Below are positions 36,775 to 47,706 of a DNA stretch of 64,000 nucleotides, one piece after another. Position 1 is the stretch's first letter. The number at the start of each line of letters is the position of its first letter. The notes under the pieces are model-generated. The model saw only the letters and a program-made list of their open reading frames with translations, did not search any database and was not told where the DNA came from. The translations under genes and the position numbers were made by a program. The stretch lies in the sequence record NC_049850.1; one strand, written 5' to 3'.

Positions 36775-37158
36775 ATGCGTGCAACTCATGCAAAGCTTGA
36801 AGTCACGGGAGACCGCAGCGCCCTTATCACGGCCGACATCCTAGCGCGCTTTATCGGCAGCGAAATTACGTATCTCGCGGACTTGGTGGACGACACGCAA
36901 CCCCTGCGAGTCGTAAACCTGCGCTTCCGTGGTGATCTCGCAGACCTGCACGGTGAAAAGATCATGCTGCCGTTCGCGGATGCAGTTCGCGGCGGCAAGG
37001 CTCTCGGGCTGCTCATCAAGCGCATCAACTGCGCGACGGCGCAAGTGGGCTATGCAGCACACAGTTTGGTTGATCAGTATGATGGTGCAACCGTGGACAC
37101 CGATGCGGAAACCGGGAAGATCGTGGTGACCGTACGACTTCAAAGGAGCCGAGCATGA
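36775..37158 (+). CDS. Hypothetical protein
   Basis: GGAGG RBS. Confidence 0.65.
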   Translation: MRATHAKLEVTGDRSALITADILARFIGSEITYLADLVDDTQPLRVVNLRFRGDLADLHGEKIMLPFADAVRGGKALGLLIKRINCATAQVGYAAHSLVDQYDGATVDTDAETGKIVVTVRLQRSRA

Positions 37159-37688
37159 CGCCACGACAACGCGAAAACGCGCGGCTCGCAATCGATCAGG
37201 GCAATCGCTACCCGCCCGACAGCCTGCAAACCGCTCACTGGACGCTGGACGCGGCTCGCGGTATCATCCACGATCTGAGCGACCGTGGCTCGTTCGATGA
37301 CGCGCTGGACAAGTGCGATCAGGCGGTTCTCGACGAAATCACGGTCGCGATCCAGAACATCATCCGGGTCGCGCACGCCTCTGTTAGCGAGCACGCGGAT
37401 CAGCCGCCCTCAGCCACCGATGCGGCCATCGCGCTGGCGCATGAAGCCCAGTCGGCCGTCACCTCGATCTACGCTACGCATTTCGGTATCGGTGACGTGC
37501 AGTGGCATGAGGACATCGAGCGCGAAACTGGGCTGGACGAGCACGACCGTCAGGAATTGCAGGAGGCACTGGAACAGCGTTTCAGCGCCGTGTTCGACGA
37601 GCGCGAATTCGAGGCGTGCCGCACGGCCAGCGCTCTCGTCGCCTTTATCGTCAAGAACCTGTTGCCGTTCGAGGTCGACCGTGGATGA
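37155..37688 (+). CDS. Two-domain protein with C-terminal ACP-like domain (Ser position occupied by Glu)
   Basis: ETGLDEHDRQELQEALEQRF...EFEACRTASALVAFI vs AcpP [20 protein letters not shown]...EAEKITTVQAAIDYI. Confidence 0.7.
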   Translation: MTPRQRENARLAIDQGNRYPPDSLQTAHWTLDAARGIIHDLSDRGSFDDALDKCDQAVLDEITVAIQNIIRVAHASVSEHADQPPSATDAAIALAHEAQSAVTSIYATHFGIGDVQWHEDIERETGLDEHDRQELQEALEQRFSAVFDEREFEACRTASALVAFIVKNLLPFEVDRG

Positions 37689-39032
37689 TGTGGACGATTT
37701 CATGGACGACGGAGAACCCGTGGATCGCGATCAGGCACTCGACATCCTGAACACGGCTAGTGTGTACCTCAGCCGCTACGAGAGTGAGGCTCGGGGTTCG
37801 CACGCGGACGACGTTTGGATCGCAAACGGAAATCTGAAGCGGCTTATTTCGCAGTTGACAGCAGAGTGGTCGGCAGAGTAAACTGTCTTCTCTACAGTAA
37901 AGGAGGGGTCGCATGAAGTGGTATCACCCGAATCATGTAACACCGGATCGTGACCATTGCCCGTATTATGAGGACGACTACTCGGTCCCCGTGATCGTGA
38001 CGATGCGTCTCGAAGACGGTGATCTGGTGGTTGCGTCCACGCAGTGGATGTACTCGTACCGCGAACAGGGCTGGGTCGAGTGTGGGCTGGAGGACGGCCC
38101 GTCGCCTGCCGACTATTCGGATTACGGTGTGGTAGTGGCTTGGGCATACCCTCCTGAGCCGTGTGGGCCCAATGACTATGCGGAGGTAACGGATGTTTAA
38201 CGAAGACGAATACGGTGAGATCACCGACGATCTGTACGCACAGCGCACGATCTACGTGGCAAAGTATCACGACGGCCAATACCCGGAAGACGACGAGATT
38301 TTCGGGGCGTTCGGCACGCGCGAGGAAGCGGAGGCCGCCAACGAGGAAGAGCGTTCGAATTACACGGGCCGCTACTCACAGGGCTACCATCGCGCCAACG
38401 AACGGTATTACGGAGTAGACGCCGTGACGATGGAAACCCGTATCTCGGTCGACGACCTGCACCTGCTGCGTGCGCTGGAGGCCGGTGAATGCGACGAGGA
38501 CGAGCAGAATGCAGTGTTCCGCAGGGTAGCGCGCCTGCTGGGCCTGAGTGACGAAGACACCGACGCGGAGGACAAATGATCAACCTGACGCAACACGAGA
38601 AAAACCTGATCGCGCGTCTGCGTGACTGCCGTCAGGAACTGAGCCCGGCTGACCGTCACGGCCTGCTGGACCTGATCGACGAACTTCTGGAGGCAGACGA
38701 ACATGGCCCGGAGTAAGAATTTGGTGGAAGCGTACGAGAAGCTGACTCGCGAAGACGTGTACGACATGATCAACGGGTCGAAGGAAGGCCCGCAAGCCAG
38801 CCTCACCAACGCTGAGGTCCAGAGTTTTCTGGAACAGGTTCGCGACCTCGCGTCCAAGCAGTTCGGGATCACGCTCGTCACCGACTACAACGGCCAGTAC
38901 GGTGATGCAGGTGCCACGTACATGACGCTGCGCACCAACGACGCTGAAGCCACGTTCAAACTGATGAACGTCACGGACAACAGGGCCGAACAGAACCTGC
39001 GCGATATCGAGAACTGCTGGCGCGGCAAGTAA
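37681..39032 (+). CDS. Five small hypothetical proteins (37681-37881, 37913-38200 DUF551-like, 38193-38579, 38576-38716, 38703-39032)
   Basis: Overlapping starts and stops, RBSs; KWYHP...WAYPPEP pattern in the second. Confidence 0.6.
37855..37884 (+). promoter_or_regulatory. sigma70-type promoter
   Basis: TTGACA-N18-TAAACT. Confidence 0.7.
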
Positions 39033-39039
39033 AAAGCAG

Positions 39040-39068
39040 TTGACGCGACACAAAACGGACCCTATACT
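39040..39068 (+). promoter_or_regulatory. sigma70-type promoter
   Basis: TTGACG-N17-TATACT. Confidence 0.85.
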
Positions 39069-39107
39069 GGGTCCGTTGTCATTTCTAGACCCAGAAAGGA
39101 GATTTCG

Positions 39108-42100
39108 ATGGATATTCAGGTTGTCGCTGCCGCAATTTTCGGGTTTTTGGCCGGTGCCCTGCTCATGTTCCTGATTTTCGAGAACGTGCTGCTCAAGAAA
39201 GCGGTTGCGCAGACCGAAAAGCCGAAGTATGATGGCGGTCAGTACACAAACAGCGCGAAACCGAACAAGAATCGGGCCGATCCGGAGTGGCAATTCAGTG
39301 AATCGAAGTACATGAAGGCCAATTTTGGCCCCGACATCGATCCTGACCTGCATCCGTTCGGTGAACCTGAGCAAAATTCGGGTGAAACGACGACGGTCAC
39401 GAGTTCCGGGTACACGGTGAACGGAAAACCCGCGACTCCGGAGCAGGAAAAGGTGATCAAGGAGGCCATGGGGCTGGCGGACACCGCATTCGAGACCGCG
39501 AGCACGAGTTTCAGCCAGATGAGCGACGCGTTCAAGGCGCTTAGCAAGATCAAACCTCAGTAAAAGGGAGAAAACGATGCTTAACCACAATGACGCCAAC
39601 GTGGCATGGGCCGAATACATGGCAATCCGGGCTGACGGGAGCCGTGATCTGAGCGAGCGCGATGCGTTTGTCGTATTCCTCGAAGGTTTTGCGAAGCGCG
39701 TGGCCCATGCCGCCCGTGCCGAGTCCTATACGGACCGCCAGCACATGGAATACGTGGCGCACGCACTCGGGTTCGATGCCGAAGACGTACTGGATGACAA
39801 CGACGGTGATGGCCCGTACATCCATACGCGCAGCCGCACTCTCGAACCCCTCGTTCGCACCGAACACGCGATGCTCGTGGCGCTCCAACTGGTGCTCAAG
39901 GTCGAGCAGTGCGAGATCGCTGGTGCCAGACGCGAAATCAAGGTCACGGAAGTGGACGGCCCGACCACGGGAGCCGCAACGTACACGGCAATCGTCGAGC
40001 ATCCGGCATCGGAGCACGATATGCAGATCGCACTGAATCGTGCAATCGTCATGTGCGCCTCGATCATGGGCCAGCGCGAGGACCTGTTCTGATGGCCCCG
40101 ATTACCATAGAAACATTCGGTCTGCTCTGGTTCGTGGCCGGTATCTGTGCCACGCTAATCATTCAGGGCATATGGCGTGTTCTGAATCCGCCTGAAGACA
40201 AGGTGCAGGACGTGGACAAACGCCGACGCCAACAACGGGAGTACGACCATGAGTGAACTCTGGGAAAATCCCTTGTTCTCGCTCGAAGAACGTCTGGAGA
40301 TCGCGGCCGGTGCCGTGCAATTCCACAAGCGCATCATTGCCCAGTTGCGTGCGAAGTGTGCGGAGGCCGCTGTGAAACTGGACGAGGTTTCGCGCAACGC
40401 CGACTCGTGGCACTGCGACTGCAACGCCATCGACGACGTGGCTGACCGGCTGCGCGAACTGGGTGACGCACGATGACGTTGCCCGACTCGTTTTACAGGA
40501 AGCAGCACGACTCGATCCAGCGCTCGTTGGCCCGGCTATCCGAAAAGCTGAAGTTGTTGCGCGACGCGTGCCCGCACCTGAACGTGCAGAAGAAGGCGCG
40601 CTCGGACACCGGTAACTGGAGCCGTAGCGACGACCGCTACTGGTATGACTGCACGTGCCCCGCGTGTGGCAAGCACTGGACGGAGGACCAATGAACGTGA
40701 ACGACGCGTTGAAAGAAGTGATGCACGAGATACAGCACATGCCGGTCGAAGAGTTGCGTGCTCTCCACGAAGCCTCCAAGAACGGCCCGTGGGCCGAGGT
40801 GTTCCGTGCACTCTATCGTGATGCTGTCGACATCGAAGCCCCGGAAGAAAGTGCGGTTCCGAGCATGGCGTGCGTTGGTCGCAAAATCAAGGGTGAAGTT
40901 GTTTGGTACACGCGACCGAAACGTGGCTACCTGTATCAAGTGGCCGATCCGTGCTTCAAGATCGAGGGCCCGACGTTCGAGGACTGGGCACGTGATCATG
41001 GCTACGAACTCAGCACAGATGTTGAAGGTGACTACGAAAGTCAGAGGACGCGCGCCGCATTCGAAGGTTGGAAAGCTGCTAAAGCTGGAGGCTAAATGAC
41101 AAAAGATACGCTGAATATGCTCATCATGGACCTGCAAGAAGAAGGTTCGGAGTTGAGCGAACGCGCAGCCGTCTCCATCCACAAACTCCGACGCGATCTC
41201 GGGTTCGCGCGGGGCCGGTTGCGTGCGATCACTGCGCAGAACGAACGGCTGGAAGAAAGCGCAAGCCTGCACACGTGGCGAGAGTCCGAAGAACAGCGGG
41301 CACAACGTGGAGCAATGATGTGATGGATCGTGAAGAATTAAAGGTACTGGCGCTCGAAATGGGTGTCGGTGAAATGGTCACCCGCAAAAAGACTGGTAAG
41401 GACTGGTTCTTTGCCTCGGAAATGACGGGCAACGAATTGCTGGCCTACGGTGAAGCCGTCCTAGCGCGGGCGGGTAAGCCTCCGCGCCTCGATCTGCATG
41501 CGTCGTTCGAGCAGTGGTGGACGCACGGCATGAAGGATGGAGAGGAACGTGCCGATGTAATGCGACAGATGCGTGTAACTTGGGACAAGTTTGGCACGTA
41601 CGAACCGTATCGGAAAGACTGCCAAGATTCGTTCACGTCGTTTGCGGCTTGCTACGCACTTATCTACACAGGAGAATTTGGTTATGCCTGAAATCATCAG
41701 CGCCGGTCAACTGCCGGGAAACAAACGCTACGAAGCCACGTGCTCGAACTGCCGTACGCGTTTCTCGTTCCTGCAAAAGGAAGCACAGCACGGCTACGAC
41801 CGCAACGACAGCTACCTGTCGATTAGGTGCCCGCTCGCTGGGTGTGGACACATGGTGAACGTGTCGACCAGCACCAGCGCGGGTAGCTCTTGGTATGCGG
41901 ATCGCTAATGGCCATCATCGACACGATGCCTGCGACCCATCTGGAGTTCGCGAAGGACCCGAACGAGACGCGGCCCGAAGTCCTGTGGGCCGAGATCGAG
42001 CGTCTGCACGCTATGGCCTACCACTCGAACGGCACCCTGTGGCAGGAACTCGCAATCGAGGAAAAGATGAAGCGCATCAAGATGGAGGCCGGTGTCATGG

Positions 42101-42198
42101 CCAACATCCGGGACTTGCTTTGTTCGGTGACCGGGGTTAAACTGGATACCCTTACGATTCAACGTATCCTCAAAACCGCACAGGGAGAGCAAGCATGA
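39108..42198 (+). CDS. Ten small hypothetical proteins (39108-39563 TM, 39577-40092, 40092-40256 TM, 40249-40476, 40473-40694 Cys-rich, 40691-41095, 41096-41323, 41323-41691, 41684-41908 Cys-rich, 41908-42198)
   Basis: Continuous translationally coupled run; CxxC pairs in two members. Confidence 0.65.
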
Positions 42199-42599
42199 AG
42201 ACGAAAGAGATTCTGAATCTACTGCTGGAGATCAATCGGGCTGTGGCACGGGCCCCCGACAAACCTCTGGGCTTGGGCACCGTCGAAACTTTGGGTCGTG
42301 CCATCGAGGCGCTGAGCAAGAAGCAGAAGCGTAAGTTCGAGCGGCATGTCAACGACTGGTTCACGCGTGAGGTTGCCCGCATGTCGGCTACCAAAGCGCA
42401 TCGCATCGACGGCTGGGAGACGCTGGAAGAGTACGGTTTCGAGGTGCATGGTGGGACGGACGATGCCCCCGTCAACGACTACCAAGAACTGCAACACGCA
42501 ATCGAGCGTGAGACCGGCGTAAAGATTCCGCTGTTCGTGCTCTACCACACGACCATCGAGGGCATCATCCAGTACATCATTCACGGAGGCGCACAATGA
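42195..42599 (+). CDS. Protein with C-terminal ACP-like domain (no DSL)
   Basis: TLEEYG...DYQELQHAIERETGVKIP...TTIEGIIQYI. Confidence 0.55.
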   Translation: MKTKEILNLLLEINRAVARAPDKPLGLGTVETLGRAIEALSKKQKRKFERHVNDWFTREVARMSATKAHRIDGWETLEEYGFEVHGGTDDAPVNDYQELQHAIERETGVKIPLFVLYHTTIEGIIQYIIHGGAQ

Positions 42600-42799
42600 A
42601 GCGAGTTGCAATCGACTATCTGGTTCTGGGCGAGCACGGGCAATCCTTGTCGGAGTTCGAACGCGTGGTGCTCAAGCACCTGCTGCGTGGCTACGAACTC
42701 GTCGGCGGCCCGTGGCACGATCCACAGCGCGGGTGCATGCGACAGGCCGTGGTGGAGTATCAGGACAGCGAACCCGCAACCCAACACGTACAGGACTGA
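42596..42799 (+). CDS. DUF1737-like protein
   Basis: DYLVL...FERVVLKHLLRGYELVGGP...MRQAVV. Confidence 0.6.
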   Translation: MKRVAIDYLVLGEHGQSLSEFERVVLKHLLRGYELVGGPWHDPQRGCMRQAVVEYQDSEPATQHVQD

Positions 42800-42804
42800 C
42801 GAAC

Positions 42805-43577
42805 ATGGCAGAATTTTGCGATCTGTGTGCCGAAGACATGGGATTCCCCCATTCGGATTTCGAGGGCATCGGTGAAGTGACCGACGCTGACGGTAGCCCG
42901 TGGTACTACACGGTGCTGTGTGAAGGCTGCGGCCCGATTCAGGTGACGGGCGACGGCCGCAACGTGAGCCGCGAGTTCGACCGTCAGGAGGCGCTGCGTA
43001 ACAGCGCGGGAGCCGGTGATGCCCCGCAAGCACGATAGCGACTGGACTGCGATCTACTGGGGCTCGGACCCTGCGCGGCCGGGCCGTCTGTACCCGACAG
43101 TCAGAATCGTGCTCGGCTACTGCGATGGTGAAGAGTACGGATTCAGCCACGGGCTCCCCACCAACGTATTCTTCGACGACGAGGATGCGGCAATTCGGTG
43201 GGCACAGCGTGTGGACGCATACATCGAAGAGGCGATGCGCGGCTTCATGGAAGAGGCTGCGGATCGTATGTTCAGGAAGGAGAAAGACAGTGATTGACCA
43301 TATGGCAAACGCGTTCTTCGTGTACACGGCGCTCGCGTTCACGGGAATCGGGGCAGCGGTCGGGGTGCTGGCGCACGCCCACCATCGACGCAAGCGCGAT
43401 CTCCGAACCACCTACGAGTTCAGCCAGTTCTGCGAGTGGGCGGCCAAGAGGGGCTACGATCTGACGCTCACCTCCCATGTGTGGGATGTGGATAGCGCCG
43501 GAGACTCGCGGTACGTGTTCCAGTCGTTCACGACGAAAGCAGCATGGGATGCGTGGCTCGGGAGCGTCTTTCGATGA
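42805..43577 (+). CDS. Three hypothetical proteins (42805-43038 CxxC pairs, 43019-43297, 43290-43577 TM)
   Basis: Overlapping coupled ORFs. Confidence 0.6.
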
Positions 43578-43801
43578 AAGCCATCGATTATCTGAAAAGC
43601 CTGCACGAAGTGTGCGCTTTCCAATCCACGGAACGCCGTGGCACCGGCCCAGCCTCCAACTCGGAACTGGGCCGTTGGCTTAAAAGCGGTGCGCTCCACG
43701 TGAACGGAAAAGCCTACGGTCCCATGGACAAGATCGAATTCCCGATCACGTCAGTCGTCCTGTTCCCAAAATCGAAGCGCAGTCGTTCGACCCTGCTGTA
43801 G
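43574..43801 (+). CDS. S4-like RNA-binding domain protein
   Basis: ASNSELGRWLKSGALHVNG matches the S4 SRxxARRLIxxGAVxVNG pattern. Confidence 0.55.
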   Translation: MKAIDYLKSLHEVCAFQSTERRGTGPASNSELGRWLKSGALHVNGKAYGPMDKIEFPITSVVLFPKSKRSRSTLL

Positions 43802-43809
43802 GAGATTCA

Positions 43810-44070
43810 ATGTTTGGCATTCTGAAGAAGATTTTCGGGGACCCCGAAGACCCGACCGTGTGCGCTATGGCCTACGCGCGTGGCCGAAGCTATGCACTAG
43901 GCGAGTTCCTTAAAGTGGACTACAACGATGATGCCGAGCTTGGTCCCGTGGTAGACCGCCTGCAAGCTGAGTGCTGTGGCAGTTTCAACACAACGGGCAA
44001 AGAGCACGCGTTCGACCGTGGCATTCAGGCTGTGCTCGACGAGTACTACACCGAGCAGGGTATGCCTTGA
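43810..44070 (+). CDS. Hypothetical protein
   Basis: GGAG RBS. Confidence 0.65.
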   Translation: MFGILKKIFGDPEDPTVCAMAYARGRSYALGEFLKVDYNDDAELGPVVDRLQAECCGSFNTTGKEHAFDRGIQAVLDEYYTEQGMP

Positions 44071-44095
44071 CAGCGTAGGCAGAACTATTTAAACT
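44067..44095 (+). promoter_or_regulatory. sigma70-type promoter
   Basis: TTGACA-N17-TAAACT. Confidence 0.85.
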
Positions 44096-44121
44096 TGCGC
44101 CATTCCATTCAAGGAGAGCAA

Positions 44122-45273
44122 ATGTTTCCGACAATCAAACATATCAACGATCTGCAACCGTTCGTTGAAGGCATCGAAGAGATCAAGTTCCTGAAGCAGC
44201 CGGGTCAACGCACGGTCGTCTGCTACACGTTCATGGACAGCCACACGTTCGACACGCCGAAGGCCCGTGAGTGCCGTGGTATCTCGTTCGACATCAACGG
44301 CAACGTCGAGAGCCGCCCGCTCCACAAGTTCTTCAACATGGGCGAAAAGCCGTGGCTCATGGAGGACAACATCCGACGCGCGGGGCGCGCGGGTGCCATC
44401 GTCGGCATCTACAACAAGATCGACGGTTCGATGGTGAACACGTCGTACTCGATGGCCAGCGGCTTTGCCTACAAGTCGAAGAAGTCGTATTCGAGCGATA
44501 CCGTCCTCATGTTCGAGAAGCATGTGCCGGTGCGCATCGACGAGTTCTCGCGCCGTGTCGCGGGCATGGGCTACACCGCGACTTACGAGTTCACGCACCC
44601 GGAAGCCCAGATCGTGGTTCCGCACGCGGTGCCCGACATCAAGCTCCTGCACATCCGGGACAACACGACGGGCGAATACGTGATGCTGAACAAACAGCAC
44701 ATGATCTGGGACCTGATCCACGCGCACGCGGTGCCGTATTCGGTGAATCTGCTGCCGGAACTCTCGGTCGACGCCGCTATCGACAGTCTCGAATCCATGA
44801 TCGACAACGAGGGCTTCGTCTTCCAGTTCGCGGACGGTGACATGGTGAAAGCCAAGTGCCCATGGTATTCGTCGAACCATCGTGCGGTCTCGTACATGCG
44901 CGAACGCGATATCGCGGTGCTCGTGCTGAACGAGCAACTGGACGATCTGAAGGGCACGCTCGTGAAGCTGGGTCACGATCTGGGCCCCGTCGAAGAGGTG
45001 GAGCACCGGGTCAAGGAGCGCATGCTCCAGATCGACCGTGACATCGAATTTCTGGCGGACATCGGTCGCGTGCTCCGCGCCTCGAACCCGGCAGGCTGGA
45101 AAAAGGCGTTTGCGGCGTCCCACTCGAAGCTCGAAGTGTTCGGCCTCGCGGTCAAGCGACTGGAAGGCCGCGACGAGCAGATCGTGAAGTGGTATACGCG
45201 CTCGAAGCTGAAGGACGAATTCGGGCTACGCTCGCTCCTGAACGCAAGCCAGCAAGAGGCAATGGAGGGTTAA
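44122..45273 (+). CDS. RNA ligase, T4 Rnl1-like
   Basis: ECRGISF, SRPLHKFFNMGE, motif I KIDGS, TATYEF, EGFV, MVKAK. Confidence 0.9.
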   Translation: MFPTIKHINDLQPFVEGIEEIKFLKQPGQRTVVCYTFMDSHTFDTPKARECRGISFDINGNVESRPLHKFFNMGEKPWLMEDNIRRAGRAGAIVGIYNKIDGSMVNTSYSMASGFAYKSKKSYSSDTVLMFEKHVPVRIDEFSRRVAGMGYTATYEFTHPEAQIVVPHAVPDIKLLHIRDNTTGEYVMLNKQHMIWDLIHAHAVPYSVNLLPELSVDAAIDSLESMIDNEGFVFQFADGDMVKAKCPWYSSNHRAVSYMRERDIAVLVLNEQLDDLKGTLVKLGHDLGPVEEVEHRVKERMLQIDRDIEFLADIGRVLRASNPAGWKKAFAASHSKLEVFGLAVKRLEGRDEQIVKWYTRSKLKDEFGLRSLLNASQQEAMEG

Positions 45274-45961
45274 ATGATCAGCGCAACAGAACTTCGTGCG
45301 CTTTACTGTGATCCTGTGGCCGCTACACTGGGTCGCGTAGAACGAGCCCTAGTCCAAAACTTGGATAAGGCACTCGACCGCAACAAGGGCGCGACACCGC
45401 CGCGTACCAGCGTGTTCGTGGACGCATCGCTTTCCGATGACGAGCTAGAGCGCGTGCGCACCGTTATCGTCGCCAACGGCTTCGGGTTTGCAGTCGACCT
45501 CAGCTACGGTAACGCGCTGCTGCGAAGGATCATCGTCACGTGGCAAGCACGGGCCAGACGCCGGGTCCCGGACCAGCAAACCGTCACGATCTCGGAAACG
45601 ATCGTGCACGACCGATCAGGAGCGCGCCAAGCATGAAAGACAAAGACGTTGTGTTGTGGATTTGGGCCGTGGTAGCCGCAATCATCGTGTGCTCGGCTCT
45701 GGATCACTTAGGGGTCGCGTTGTGAAGTACTTGATCTACGACTGGTGCATCGACATCGGTGTCTGGAACAAGCACGACGACATAAACCGTGTGATCGACG
45801 CGCTTGCGCAGCAGGGTTACGTGACGGACGATGTGGTGATCACCTCGATCTGGATCAGTCACTCGCGCAAAGCCGACAGCAACTGGTTGCCGATGGACAA
45901 TCTGACCGACGAAGAGTTGGCGGCTGTCTTCATCGGCTACTGCGAACGACAGGAGTGTTGA
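45274..45961 (+). CDS. Three small hypothetical proteins (45274-45636, 45633-45725, 45722-45961)
   Basis: Coupled ORFs. Confidence 0.55.
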
Positions 45962-45963
45962 AA

Positions 45964-46800
45964 ATGTACGAAACGATGGATGCCCGGATCAAGGACGCGC
46001 TGGATCACGTGGAACGCACGCAGGGCGTGAAAATCCTGATGGCTGTGGAATCGGGCTCGCGCGCATGGGGCTTCGAGAGCCCGGACTCGGATTACGACGT
46101 GCGGTTCATCTACGTGCGTGCGTTCAACGAGTACCTGACGGTGCGCGAGCGCCGTGACGTACTGGATTGCCACACGCAGGGCTTCAAGGACTGCCTGAAG
46201 GGCACGCCCATGGATCACCCGGACCTCGATCTCGTGGGCTGGGACGTGAAGAAGGTGCTGGCTTTGATGCAAAAGTCGAATCCGCAACTTCTGGAATGGA
46301 TCAACTCGCCTGTCGTGTATCGCGGCAACCACGCGGCCGTGGATGACCTGTATGTTCTGGCCCACAAGATGCTGCGTGCGCGGCCCGTGATCCAGCACTA
46401 CCTGCACATGGCCAAGGGCAACTATCGCGAGTATCTGAGGACGCCGATGGTGCGCTACAAGAAGTACCTGTACGTGATCCGTCCTCTGCTGGCCGCGCGC
46501 TGGATGCTGGAACGCCTCGATCCGCCGCCCGTGCGATTCGATGTGCTGAACGCGGCGGTCGGAGACGAGGGCTTGGGGGAACCGCTGGCTCGTCTGCTGG
46601 AAGTCAAACGCCGTTCTGGTGAGGCTGAATTGCATCCGGCCGACCCGGCACTGAACCTGTGGATCGAGGACGCGATTCGCGATATCGAAGACGCGCTGGC
46701 CTACGTTATGGAGGGTCCGGATCACGGGCTCGATCTGGACGCCGAATTCCGGGACCTGCTATACGCGTGGGCCCCGGGTGCCGTGGGGACCAGACAATGA
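45964..46800 (+). CDS. Pol-beta superfamily nucleotidyltransferase (RlaP/YcgL, PF10127-like)
   Basis: AVESGSRAWGFESPDSDYDVRFIY, LDLVGWDVKK, KSNP, KKYLYVIRPLLA. Confidence 0.88.
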   Translation: MYETMDARIKDALDHVERTQGVKILMAVESGSRAWGFESPDSDYDVRFIYVRAFNEYLTVRERRDVLDCHTQGFKDCLKGTPMDHPDLDLVGWDVKKVLALMQKSNPQLLEWINSPVVYRGNHAAVDDLYVLAHKMLRARPVIQHYLHMAKGNYREYLRTPMVRYKKYLYVIRPLLAARWMLERLDPPPVRFDVLNAAVGDEGLGEPLARLLEVKRRSGEAELHPADPALNLWIEDAIRDIEDALAYVMEGPDHGLDLDAEFRDLLYAWAPGAVGTRQ

Positions 46801-47631
46801 AGCTGCTGTCAACAGGGAAGTTGTATAACTCGTCGTACTCGGGCTGTGAGGGCTGGTCCTCGTGTCTGGTTGGCACGATTTCGCTTGTGGCCGACACGCA
46901 GCGGGAACTGGACGCGCTGAAGGTGATGCACGAGCAGGATCAGCGCCAATACTCCGACAAGTACACGCGTCGCGAGGTTGTGTGGGAGGACGCATGAAGG
47001 TCAGAAAGATCGCGAAGCGCGCTCCCAAGTTCCTGACGCGGCACTGGAACGAAGAGGTGGTGCGCATAGCGGATGCGCTGGAACGGGACGGAGAAGAGGC
47101 GTTGCGCGCCATTCAAGTGAGTCACGTGCGCTTACCGGGCTACGAAGACGTGTATACGCAAGGCCCGTTCACCATCGAGTTCAAGCCGCAGCACCAGCCG
47201 AAGATCATCGAGTGGATCAACGTGAGCACGCTCGGTGAGCAGGTCCAAAAACGTGTCGTAGGAGGTGTCAAATGAGTAACGCAGCAGTAGAAGCAATCAA
47301 GTTCGCGCTCGATCAAGGGCTAGACGGCCTGTCGTTCCTGAACGCGTGGCTGCACGGTGATTTCGATGTCCTGCGGCGCGAGTGGCCGGAGGCCCCGGAA
47401 GACGTGTACCCGGTGATCGGTGAAGTCCTCGATCAGAAAGTGCCGCTTCCGAACGGTGAGTACGTGCTGATGTACCCGACCTCGACTTCCGAGATCGAAG
47501 GAGATAGCAACGTGCAGGAGGTGACATTCAAGGTGACGTTCGATCAGGACAACAAGGTGTCGCCGGAAACCCTGCTGGGCGGCGCGCAGTCGAGCCAGCT
47601 TGGGCACCGGTTCGGTGCACCTCAGTCGTAA
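46797..47631 (+). CDS. Three hypothetical proteins (46797-46997, 46994-47275, 47272-47631)
   Basis: ATGA overlaps. Confidence 0.65.
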
Positions 47632-47635
47632 ATGG

Positions 47636-47664
47636 TTGACGTGTGATGCAACTATCGGTATAAT
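47636..47664 (+). promoter_or_regulatory. sigma70-type promoter
   Basis: TTGACG-N17-TATAAT. Confidence 0.9.
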
Positions 47665-47706
47665 TCGTTTCATCAGTTAGGCAATCGGCGTAGCGAAAGG
47701 AGGTTC

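Noticed and set aside
43810-44070. Possible third Rmf-like protein (YARGRSYA...FDRGI)
   Set aside because: Lacks the NP(Y/H) and W-x2-G motifs; the spacing does not fit
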